Source: Acidobacteriota bacterium (GTDB taxonomy: Bacteria > Acidobacteriota > Thermoanaerobaculia > Multivoradales > JAHZIX01). From it: 64,000 nt of DNA. Positions 37,696 through 46,086 of the stretch are shown here, piece after piece. The DNA lies in assembly GCA_034211275.1 (NCBI GenBank), contig JAXHTF010000008.1:10431-74430 (forward strand), in the 5' to 3' direction. The notes beneath the pieces are model-generated. The model worked only from the letters and a program-made list of their open reading frames with translations, searched no databases and was not told the origin of the DNA. Numbering within the stretch: the stretch's first letter is position 1; each line of letters starts with the position of its first letter. The translations under genes and the position numbers were made by a program.

Positions 37696-38137
37696 CGGCG
37701 ACTCCGGCAGCGGCTCGAGGTCCGGTAGGGAGGGCGGGGGCTGGACTGGGAATCGGCTGAGGTCATGGCATGGGTCGCCGGCGACCGGCTGGGATGAATG
37801 GCAGGGATGCTAGCACAGGCATCGGGAGGCCCGGCGCGGGCGGGGGGAGCAGAAGAAGGGCAAAAAAAACGCGCGGCTCGGGCCCGGGGAGGGACGAGCC
37901 ACGCTTAGGAGCGCGGAAGACCGGGTCGGTACCGGCAGGGTGTGTGAACCCTCGGTATGCCCTGTCTAGTAGTTAGTTGCCGCTGGCGGAATTTGGCGGA
38001 CAACTATTCTTGGTTTTTTTTGCGCTGAAGTCGCCCGCCGGCCGTCCCAAGCCCAAAAGAGCGCCATCGGCCACGGTATGATCCCCGAAACCTCAGCCTA
38101 CCCTACCGGGAGCCGCATTCCACTGGGAGCCAAAGAG

Positions 38138-38902
38138 ATGCTGCAGATCACCGACCATGGCACCGTCCGCCAGATTCGCCTCGACCGCCCGCCGGTCAAC
38201 GCCCTCAGCCCGGAGCTCGTCTCCGCTCTCCTCAGCGCCGTGCGCAAAGCCTCCGCCGAGGCCCAGGGAATCGTCCTCAGCGGCTCTCCGAAGCGCTTCA
38301 GCGGTGGCCTCGACATTCCCCACCTGATGCAGCTGGACCGAGAGGCGATTCGCCATGCCTGGGAGGATTTCTTCGACCTCATGGAGGCCCTGGCCACGTG
38401 CTCGGTTCCGGTGGCGGCGGCGGTCACCGGGCATGCTCCCGCCGGCGGTACCGTCCTCGCCCTGTTCTGCGACTACCGGGTGATGGCCGAAGGATCGTTC
38501 CGCTTGGGCCTCAACGAGGTGCGGGTGGGCCTGCCGCTACCGGCGCCCATTTTTCTCGCCCTGCGCCGCTTGGTGGGGGCGCGAGTGGCGGAGCGGCTGG
38601 CGGTGGAGGGACGGTTGATCGGGCCCGAGGAAGCCTTGGACTTCGGCCTGGTAGACGAGATCACCCCTCTGGAGCAGGTGGAAACACGGGCGCTGGAGTG
38701 GTGCCGGAACCTGTTGGAGCTGCCGCCTCAGTCCATGCTCGCCACCCGCCGGCAAGCCCGCGCCGACCTCGCCGGGATCTTCGCCGCCCGAGAACAGCGC
38801 CGGGAACGGATCGACGCCCTGGTGGAATCCTGGTTCAGCGACGAATGCCGGCGGTCCATGGAGGCCATGCTCGCCGGCCTGGCGAAGAAGAAGGGCGGCT
38901 AG
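38138..38902 (+). CDS. enoyl-CoA hydratase/isomerase (crotonase) family protein
   Basis: Crotonase-fold signatures VNALS...FSGGLD...AAVTGHAPAGGTVLALFCDYRV. Start is either ATG 38138 or the upstream ATG 38078. Confidence 0.75.
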   Translation: MLQITDHGTVRQIRLDRPPVNALSPELVSALLSAVRKASAEAQGIVLSGSPKRFSGGLDIPHLMQLDREAIRHAWEDFFDLMEALATCSVPVAAAVTGHAPAGGTVLALFCDYRVMAEGSFRLGLNEVRVGLPLPAPIFLALRRLVGARVAERLAVEGRLIGPEEALDFGLVDEITPLEQVETRALEWCRNLLELPPQSMLATRRQARADLAGIFAAREQRRERIDALVESWFSDECRRSMEAMLAGLAKKKGG

Positions 38903-38909
38903 CCTTCTC

Positions 38910-41018
38910 CTAGCGCTCCCCGGGCTCTTCTGGCTCCATGGGCGCCGGTTTGCCCAACAGATACCCCTGGGCATAGTCCACGCCGATCTCCTGCAGCAGA
39001 GTGAGGGTGGGCGTATCCTCGACCCCTTCACCGATGGTGCGAATGTTGAGCGCGCTGCCAACCCGGTGGATGGATTCGACGATGGCCCGCTGCACCGGAT
39101 CCACCACGATATTCGACACGAACTCGCCGTCGATCTTGAGGAAGTCCACCGGCAGATTCTTCAGATATGCGAAGGAGCTCAGGCCGCTGCCGAAGTCGTC
39201 GAGGATGAAGCGGCAACCCAGGTCCCGCAACACGGAGAAGAAGAGGCGGGCGTGGCCCAGGTTGCCGATGGCCGAAGTCTCGGTGAGCTCGAAGCAAACT
39301 CGCTGGGGCGGCACACCGCTGGTCCGAAGCGCCGCGACCACGTCCTCCAGGAACCCCTCCTCCCCCAGCGACTGCCCCGAGATATTGATCGTGTAGGTGC
39401 GCTCCACCAGCGGCCCGGTAGTGCCGGAGCTCTGCGCCCGTGCCAGAGTTTCGAGGGCGGTACGTACCACCCAACGGTCGATGGAGGAAACCAGCCGGTA
39501 GCGCTCCGCCGCCTGGATGAACTCGCCGGGGGCGATGATCTCGCCGTTGGACCCGACCATGCGCAGGAAGACCTCACTCAACAGCTCTCCCGTGCCAGTC
39601 AACAGCTCGATGGGCTGGCTGTAGAGCGTCAGGCAATCCTCTTCCAAGGCCCGATGGATCAGCTGGACCCACTGCATCTCGCCATAGCGTTCGGCGAAGG
39701 CAGCGTCACCGGGGCGATATTCGTGCACCTGGGCCCGGCCTCGCTCCTTGGCGATGTAGCAGGCTCCGTCCGCTGCCGCCAGCAGCTCACCGAGGGTCTC
39801 GAATTCGGCGGTCACCGGCACCATGCCGATACTCGCCCCGGTCTCGAAACGGTGATCCCCCCAGGGAAAGCGGAACTGCCGGAGGGCCTGCCGAACCTCG
39901 TGAATCTGAGTGCGCGCCCGGCGCCGCTCGCAGTCCTGCAGCAGGATTCCAAATTCGTCACCGCCGAGCCGGGCGAGGGCGTCCCGGGCACGCACGGAAC
40001 GGCGCAGGATATCCGCCACCTGGCGCAGCATCTCGTCGCCCACGGGATGGCCACAGACATCGTTGACCAGCTTGAACTCATCGAGATCGAGGTAGCACAG
40101 CACGTGCTCCCCACCGCGCTCCCGAGCGTCCTCCAAGGCGAGACCGAGACGGCGCTCGAACTCTTCCCGATTGAGAAGCCCGGTCAGGCGGTCTCGGGTC
40201 GCCATGACCCGGATCTCCCGCTCCAGCCCGCGCTCTCGGCTCAAATCCTTGAACACCAGGACGGCGCCCTGAATCTCTCCGGACCGGCTGCGGATCGGGG
40301 AAGCGCAATCCTGAATGGTGAAGACGGCACCATCGCTACGCACTAGACGCTTGAGGAGGTTGTGCGGCGGCTCCTCGCCCCGTAGGCACATCTCCACCTC
40401 CTCGGCGAGGAGCTCTCCGGTGGTCTCGTCCACCGGGCGATAGACCTCCGACAACAACCGCCCTTCCGCCTCGGCACCGGTCCAGCCGGTGAGCTCCTCC
40501 GCCACTGGATTGAGGAAGTCGACGCGGCCGTCGGCGTCGGTACGGATCACGCCGTCATCGATGGACGTGAGGGTGACCAGCGCTCGCTCCTCCTCCTGGT
40601 GTAGGGCCTCCAGAGCCCGCTGGCGCTCGGTGAAGTCGAAGGCCGTGACCATCACCGCCCGCTGCCCTTCCACTTCGATGTCGGTGGCGGTGTACTCGAC
40701 CCAGCGCTCCTCGCCACTGGGGCGAACGATCCGCAGCTGATGATCCGAGGGAGTCTTGCCCTCCGTCAGGCGCTTCTCGAGACGCCGGGCCAGAGCGTCC
40801 CGATCGTCCGGATGAACGGTGTCCAGGATTCGAACCCGGCTCAGCTCGGAAGCGCTCAACCCCATCAGGCGTTCAGCGGCGGGGTTGGCGAAGAAGCAAG
40901 TGTCCCGCACCACCAAGATGGCGGTGTGGGTGTTAGCCGCCATCAACCGAAACCAGTCGCCGAAGGGATGCTGGGGCGGGTCGATGGAATTGTCTGCGGT
41001 CATGGTCTCCGGCGGCAC
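38910..41018 (-). CDS. PAS-PAS-GGDEF-EAL c-di-GMP signalling protein
   Basis: Two PAS-like segments, a GGDEF domain (RLGGDEFGILL), and an EAL domain (FELTETSA ... ILDDFGSGLSSFAYL). Confidence 0.85.
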   Translation of the reverse strand: MPPETMTADNSIDPPQHPFGDWFRLMAANTHTAILVVRDTCFFANPAAERLMGLSASELSRVRILDTVHPDDRDALARRLEKRLTEGKTPSDHQLRIVRPSGEERWVEYTATDIEVEGQRAVMVTAFDFTERQRALEALHQEEERALVTLTSIDDGVIRTDADGRVDFLNPVAEELTGWTGAEAEGRLLSEVYRPVDETTGELLAEEVEMCLRGEEPPHNLLKRLVRSDGAVFTIQDCASPIRSRSGEIQGAVLVFKDLSRERGLEREIRVMATRDRLTGLLNREEFERRLGLALEDARERGGEHVLCYLDLDEFKLVNDVCGHPVGDEMLRQVADILRRSVRARDALARLGGDEFGILLQDCERRRARTQIHEVRQALRQFRFPWGDHRFETGASIGMVPVTAEFETLGELLAAADGACYIAKERGRAQVHEYRPGDAAFAERYGEMQWVQLIHRALEEDCLTLYSQPIELLTGTGELLSEVFLRMVGSNGEIIAPGEFIQAAERYRLVSSIDRWVVRTALETLARAQSSGTTGPLVERTYTINISGQSLGEEGFLEDVVAALRTSGVPPQRVCFELTETSAIGNLGHARLFFSVLRDLGCRFILDDFGSGLSSFAYLKNLPVDFLKIDGEFVSNIVVDPVQRAIVESIHRVGSALNIRTIGEGVEDTPTLTLLQEIGVDYAQGYLLGKPAPMEPEEPGER

Positions 41019-41067
41019 TGCGCTGCCCGTCGGCGAGGAAGCCCTCGCTTCGACACCCCGATCTCCC

Positions 41068-41601
41068 CTACTCTCCGGCGTGTTGAGGATAGAAATCGAC
41101 GGCGGACGGCGCGGCCAAAGTCTTGGTTACCCAGACGATCTGCCCGGTGTGGTAGCTCATGTGCTCGACGGCATGATAGACGATGCCCAAGCCATCAATG
41201 TCGTAGCCTTGAACCTGTCGAGGACGGGCCAGCTCCGACTCGGGAAGTCGTTCCAAGACCCGCCGGCACTGTGCCACCACTTCGGCCAAGGCCGCTCGAA
41301 GTTGGTCGACATCGTGAGTCTCTCGTGCCTGGAATTCCTCACTGCGCCGTCGTTGGTAGTCACTGTCTCCCAAGGACACCAGAATCCACATCGAAAGATT
41401 GCCCACCAGGTGCAAGACCAAATTGCCTACGCTGTTGCTGGCCTCGTTGGGCCGCCACCAAAGCTGCTCCTTTCCGAGCTGCTCGAGACACGCGTCGATT
41501 TTGGCCAAATATTCTTCGAGATAGCGCGCGGAAAGCTCGCGAAAGTCCGCCCCGGGCCCCCGAGTGAGGGCGGTTGGGATACCTGGGCTGGCTGGGCTCA
41601 T
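41068..41601 (-). CDS. DinB/YfiT-like (DinB_2, DUF1572) metal-dependent protein
   Basis: WWRPNEASNSVGNLVLHLVGNLSMWI and HAVEHMSYHTGQI, a His-rich four-helix-bundle pattern of the DinB_2 family. Confidence 0.65.
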   Translation of the reverse strand: MSPASPGIPTALTRGPGADFRELSARYLEEYLAKIDACLEQLGKEQLWWRPNEASNSVGNLVLHLVGNLSMWILVSLGDSDYQRRRSEEFQARETHDVDQLRAALAEVVAQCRRVLERLPESELARPRQVQGYDIDGLGIVYHAVEHMSYHTGQIVWVTKTLAAPSAVDFYPQHAGE

Positions 41602-41796
41602 GGCGCAGAAATGCTATCACCGTTGATCGATTTCCCGTTCGAAACGTCCTCCTCTGGAATTCCGCCAGAGAAATTGCGGAGCATTTCACCCCGAGACACG
41701 ACCCGTTTCGCTTCGCAAGCTCGCTTGGACTGAATATGATGAAGTAGCTCAGGTCGGAGCGCTTTTGCCGAACCGACCGCACACCGCAAGGAAACC

Positions 41797-42840
41797 ATGA
41801 CCCCATCCCCCCGCTCCGATCGCCGCCTGACCCTCCTGCTCGCCGCCGCCGGCGTGGTCATCGTCGTCGCCGGACTGAAGGCCGCCTCTGAGCTGCTGAG
41901 GCCTTTCGTGCTGGCGGTCTTCCTCGCCATCACCTCCTTCCCCCTGGTGGCGGCGCTGGAACGCCGCCGGGTCCCTCGGCTGCTGGCGGTGGCAGCTACC
42001 GTATTGGCGGACGTCGCCATATTGGCAGGCATCCTGCTGCTGGTGGGCTCCCAGGTCAACGCTTTCACTCAAGAGCTCCCCGGCTATCAGCAACAGCTGA
42101 GCGACTCCGCAGACTCGGTTCAGCAATGGCTGGTGAACCACGGCCTGGATCTCGAACCGGTCCCACTGCGCGAGATGATCAACGTTTCTCAGGTGATGGA
42201 TCTATTGGGGTCGACCCTCCGCGGCCTTGCCGGCGTCGTCTCCAAGGTGGTGCTGGTGCTCCTGATCATGATCTTCATCCTGGTCGAGGCCAGCGGTTTC
42301 CGGGACAAGCTCTCCATGGCCTTCGGCGTGGACATCGACACCGAGCGGCTGGCCGCCGCATTGGGCGATATCCAGCGCTATCTCGGTTTCAAGACCGTGA
42401 TCAGCCTGGCCACCGGGATCATCATCTGGGCCTGGGTCTCCGTCGCCGGCGTCGACTTCGCGGTGCTCTGGGGGCTTCTGGCGTTCGTGCTCAACTACAT
42501 CCCGAACCTGGGCTCGATCATCGCGTCGATACCTCCGGTGCTGCTGGCAGCTCTGCAGCAGGGAGCCGGAACCGCCGCCTTCGTCGCCCTCGGTTTCCTG
42601 CTGGTGAACATGGCCCTGGGGAACATCCTAGAGCCCAGCCTCATGGGCCGCCGCTTCGGCCTCTCGACGCTGGTGGTATTCCTGTCGCTGATTTTCTGGG
42701 GCTGGGTGTGGGGACCGGTGGGAATGCTGCTCTCCGTCCCCCTGACCATGACGATCAAGATCCTGCTGGAGAACTCCGCCGGCATGCGCTGGCTGGCGAC
42801 GCTGATGGGCAAGAACCCCCGCCCTCAAAGCTCCAGCTGA
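41797..42840 (+). CDS. AI-2E family transporter (PerM/UPF0118)
   Basis: 8-TM protein of ~347 aa with the AI-2E layout and a conserved C-terminal LSVPLT motif region. Confidence 0.7.
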   Translation: MTPSPRSDRRLTLLLAAAGVVIVVAGLKAASELLRPFVLAVFLAITSFPLVAALERRRVPRLLAVAATVLADVAILAGILLLVGSQVNAFTQELPGYQQQLSDSADSVQQWLVNHGLDLEPVPLREMINVSQVMDLLGSTLRGLAGVVSKVVLVLLIMIFILVEASGFRDKLSMAFGVDIDTERLAAALGDIQRYLGFKTVISLATGIIIWAWVSVAGVDFAVLWGLLAFVLNYIPNLGSIIASIPPVLLAALQQGAGTAAFVALGFLLVNMALGNILEPSLMGRRFGLSTLVVFLSLIFWGWVWGPVGMLLSVPLTMTIKILLENSAGMRWLATLMGKNPRPQSSS

Positions 42841-43029
42841 CCTCCTGATTCCTTTCTCCAGGAGCCCTGCCCTGGCTCCCCTTCCTGCGCACAGAGCTCG
42901 GGGCCCCTCCTCTGCCAGGCGTTCCGGCTTCCAGCATCCCGTCAGCTCCCAGCCCCTGGGTCCAGATACACCAAGGGACACACCCCCGAAAGGATGTGCC
43001 CCTTTGTGATTGCTTCGAGTGATCGGCCG

Positions 43030-43045
43030 CGGGCTCGCGAGCCCG
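43030..43045. terminator. perfect 16-bp GC-rich palindrome CGGGCTCGCGAGCCCG between convergent genes (candidate bidirectional hairpin terminator)
   Basis: Read directly. Lies 23 nt upstream (plus-strand coordinates) of the IPTL-CTERM gene stop and ~190 nt downstream of the AI-2E gene stop. No U-tract follows, as is common in high-GC genomes. Confidence 0.3.
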
Positions 43046-43067
43046 GGCCGTCACTCAGTGGGTCGGC

Positions 43068-44789
43068 TTATTGCCGGCGCACCATGTAGATACCAGCCAC
43101 CGCCAGCATCAGCAGCAGGCTCATCAGCCCCCACTGACCGAGGGTGGGAATCTCCAACGGGCCGTCGGGGCCACCGATGAAGCCGACGCAGGAGAGCAGC
43201 GACACATCGTCGAGGGAGAAGTTGGTCACGTCGGTGCCCGTGCTGGTGGACATGAACGTGATGGTGTGAGTGGTGTCGTCCGCGTAGGCGGAGACATCCA
43301 ACACCACCTCGACGTAGCCGGCGGCGTAGGTGGGATCACCCTCGATGACCTCGAAGATCTGCACGCCATCGACGAGCACCTCGAAGTTGTCGACGCCGTT
43401 GCCGCTGGCGGCACCGTTCCACAGCGAGAACTTCAGGTTGGCGGAAGCGCCGGAGGCGATGACCACATCCTGGCTGACGGTACCCACCTCGGCAGCGGCG
43501 ATGCCGCCGAACCAGGACCACCAGTCACCGGTGTTGGGACCGGCGGTGCCACCACCGGTGCCGCAGGCGCCCGTGTCACACAGGGGCGTGCCGAAGTTGG
43601 TGGAGGTCTCGTCCCAAGAGGGGTTGGGAGTGCCGGCCTCGAAGCTGCCGTCGGCGATGACGTTGCTGGCGGCGTTGAGGGAGGCGGTGGAGGTGTTGTT
43701 GGACGGATCGTCCAGCTCGTCACCGGAAACCTCGGCGGTGTTGTTGACCACGCAGCAAGCATCGTAGATGGCCACCAGGTCACAGCTCACCGTCGAAGTC
43801 TCGGTGAGGCTGCCGATATCCCAGGTCCAGGTGTCACCCACCAGCAAGCCGCCACAGGTGTCGGAGACATAGGTCAGCCCCGCGGGGATGATGTCGGTGA
43901 CGGTAACGCCGGTCTGATCGCCAGGACCGTTGTTGGTCACGTCGATGGTGAAGGTCACCGGCTCGCTGGTTCCCGGAGAGTTGTTGCTGGCGGTCTTGGT
44001 GATGGCCAGGTCCGGACCGGCGCCGGGGCCGAAGAAGCATACGCCGGCGTTGGCGGGCAGCGAACCGCCGGTGTCACAGGCGTAGGTCAGGCCGATGGCC
44101 GCCGCCGGGTCCTGAATACCGGTGGTGGAGCCACTGCCGGTCTCGGGATTGCGGTCGTCCCACTGCACCACGATCTCGCCGGTGGTGTGGTAGAGGATGG
44201 TCTGGAAGTCGAAGGGCTCCATGCCGCTGAAGTGAATCGCCTCGTCCCACTGGAACACGGTGCAGCCCTCGGCGGAGCCGTTGACATCGTTGGGCCGCGG
44301 GCAGTTGGCGAAATACTCGGTAAAGCCGGTATCGGTCACCAGGTCATCGTGCACCGCATAGATGCGGCCGCCGGTGCCGGTGCTGGGAGTCGCGGGCAGC
44401 GGGCAGTCGTTGGACAGATCGCCGGCGCTGTCGGTGGCGGTGGAGATGAAGCCATTGGAGCCCATGTCCAGCGCGTTGTAGCTCACGCCATAGAAGGTGA
44501 AGGGCTCGGAGAGAGCGATGGTGCTCGCCACGTCGTCACCGGCAACCGACAGGGTGCCGGTAGCGGAGATATCGACGAACTGGAAGGCACAATTGGGCTC
44601 CGCGGTGTCGGCGAAGCTGTAGCCGAAGGCGTCCGGGCCACCGGTAGCGTCGGTGTAACCGGGGCTGACGTTGTCGCTCCCTTTGGTTTCAAGAGCGGGC
44701 CCGGTGCGGCGGGCGTGTGGATCGGTCTGGGCGAAGGCCGCGCCCGCAAGTGCGACCATCACCAGAATGGCGACGAAGTGGCGTCTCAT
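43068..44789 (-). CDS. secreted DUF11-repeat adhesin-like protein with IPTL-CTERM sorting signal
   Basis: Signal peptide MRRHFVAILVMVALAGAAFAQ, with GAGGGGGA ribosome-binding site upstream of ATG 44789. Conserved-repeat (DUF11-like) segment LAITKTASNNSPG...VTFTIDVTNNGPGDQTGVTVTD. C-terminus IPTLGQWGLMSLLLMLAVAGIYMVRRQ has the IPTL motif, a TM helix and a basic tail. Confidence 0.6.
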   Translation of the reverse strand: MRRHFVAILVMVALAGAAFAQTDPHARRTGPALETKGSDNVSPGYTDATGGPDAFGYSFADTAEPNCAFQFVDISATGTLSVAGDDVASTIALSEPFTFYGVSYNALDMGSNGFISTATDSAGDLSNDCPLPATPSTGTGGRIYAVHDDLVTDTGFTEYFANCPRPNDVNGSAEGCTVFQWDEAIHFSGMEPFDFQTILYHTTGEIVVQWDDRNPETGSGSTTGIQDPAAAIGLTYACDTGGSLPANAGVCFFGPGAGPDLAITKTASNNSPGTSEPVTFTIDVTNNGPGDQTGVTVTDIIPAGLTYVSDTCGGLLVGDTWTWDIGSLTETSTVSCDLVAIYDACCVVNNTAEVSGDELDDPSNNTSTASLNAASNVIADGSFEAGTPNPSWDETSTNFGTPLCDTGACGTGGGTAGPNTGDWWSWFGGIAAAEVGTVSQDVVIASGASANLKFSLWNGAASGNGVDNFEVLVDGVQIFEVIEGDPTYAAGYVEVVLDVSAYADDTTHTITFMSTSTGTDVTNFSLDDVSLLSCVGFIGGPDGPLEIPTLGQWGLMSLLLMLAVAGIYMVRRQ

Positions 44790-44916
44790 CAGTTTTCCCC
44801 CTCGCGATAGCTGTTTCAACAAAAAAGCCCCACCAATGGAGCGTTTTCTCTGAGCGGATTCTGGTAAGTCTATATCAAGGAAGGGCCTTACGGCAAAGGC
44901 ATGCCGGAGGATCGCC

Positions 44917-46086
44917 TCACGGCGGAGCAGGATGATCCGCAGACAGAGCGTCGAGCATCTGCTGGGCTGGTTGATTGCGTGGATTCCAGCGCAGCGCCTG
45001 CCGCAGGTGCTCCTGCGCCACCGCCGGCCGCCCCGCCATGCGCTCCAAAACCCCCAGATTGAAATGAGTCTTGGATCGGTTGTCGGCGTCGAGCCCGAGC
45101 TGCAGAGCCTCCTCGAGCTGCTCTACCGCCCGGTCGACCTGGCCGCTCTGGGCCAACGCCGCTCCGAAATTGAGCCGCGCCCGCGGATTGTCTGGCGCCA
45201 TCTCCACCGCCTGCCCGAACTCCTTGAGGGCGACGGAGAGATTCTTGCTACGCATGGCGAGGGTGCCGCGGTATAGGTGCACCCGAGCTCCGGTGGCGAT
45301 CACCCGCAGCTCATCGAGCAGCGGGTCTGCAAGGGCCACCTTGCGCTGGCCCCGTTGAGCCAGCTGCTCTTCCGCTTCTGCGCTTCGTCCCTGTCGGCGA
45401 TAGGCGGTGGCCAGGGGATATCGAACCACCGAGGCAGCAGGCTGGATCTGCAAGACCGCCTCGAAGTGCTCGACGGCCGAGGCGACGTCACCCTGCTGGA
45501 GCGCGATCTGACCTAATCGATAGTGCGCCGAAGCGCTGGCGGGGTCCAGGCTCAGGGCCTGCTCCAACGCGGCCTTCGCCTCGTCCTGCCGCTCCAGCTG
45601 CAGCAGGCCGTACCCCAACCACACCCAACCGGCGGCATAAGAAGGGTGGCGCTCGAGGTAGCGTCGCAGCAGCTCCACCGCCGAGTCCAGCTGCTGTTCT
45701 TCGAGAGCCAGATGCGCCCGGTAGTACAACCATTGGGGAGTATCCGGCGCCAGCACTTCCGCATTGTGCAGGCAAGCCCAGGCCGCGTCGACGAAGCCAT
45801 AGGCCTGGTAGCTGAGCCCCAGCTCTCCATAGGCCTGGCCCAGAGCTTCGCCGGAGAGAGATTCCCGCTGCTCTTCGAAGCGGCGGCGCTCTTCGATCAG
45901 CTGTTCCGACACCGCCGGCTCCACCTCGGAGAGATCGACGGGCGGTAGATCCATCAGCTCCGGTGCCGGCACCGACGACGACGCACTGGCCGCGGCAGGC
46001 TGCGCCGGAGGCTCGTTGCCACAACCGGCCACGCCGCCGACGGCGACGCACATCCAAGCGGCGAGCAAGGCTCGGTGAATCCTCAC
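44917..46086 (-). CDS. TPR-repeat lipoprotein
   Basis: Lipobox VAGCG, then more than six TPR units (e.g. AHYRLGQIALQQGDVASAVEHFEAVLQIQP). Overlaps the upstream CRTAC1-like gene by 4 nt. Confidence 0.75.
   Translation of the reverse strand: MRIHRALLAAWMCVAVGGVAGCGNEPPAQPAAASASSSVPAPELMDLPPVDLSEVEPAVSEQLIEERRRFEEQRESLSGEALGQAYGELGLSYQAYGFVDAAWACLHNAEVLAPDTPQWLYYRAHLALEEQQLDSAVELLRRYLERHPSYAAGWVWLGYGLLQLERQDEAKAALEQALSLDPASASAHYRLGQIALQQGDVASAVEHFEAVLQIQPAASVVRYPLATAYRRQGRSAEAEEQLAQRGQRKVALADPLLDELRVIATGARVHLYRGTLAMRSKNLSVALKEFGQAVEMAPDNPRARLNFGAALAQSGQVDRAVEQLEEALQLGLDADNRSKTHFNLGVLERMAGRPAVAQEHLRQALRWNPRNQPAQQMLDALSADHPAPP

Noticed and set aside
41360-41806. 148-aa minus-strand ORF spanning the DinB-family / AI-2E transporter divergent intergenic region
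   Set aside because: It overlaps the DinB-like gene 5' end out of frame and the AI-2E start region. It has no features of a real gene.
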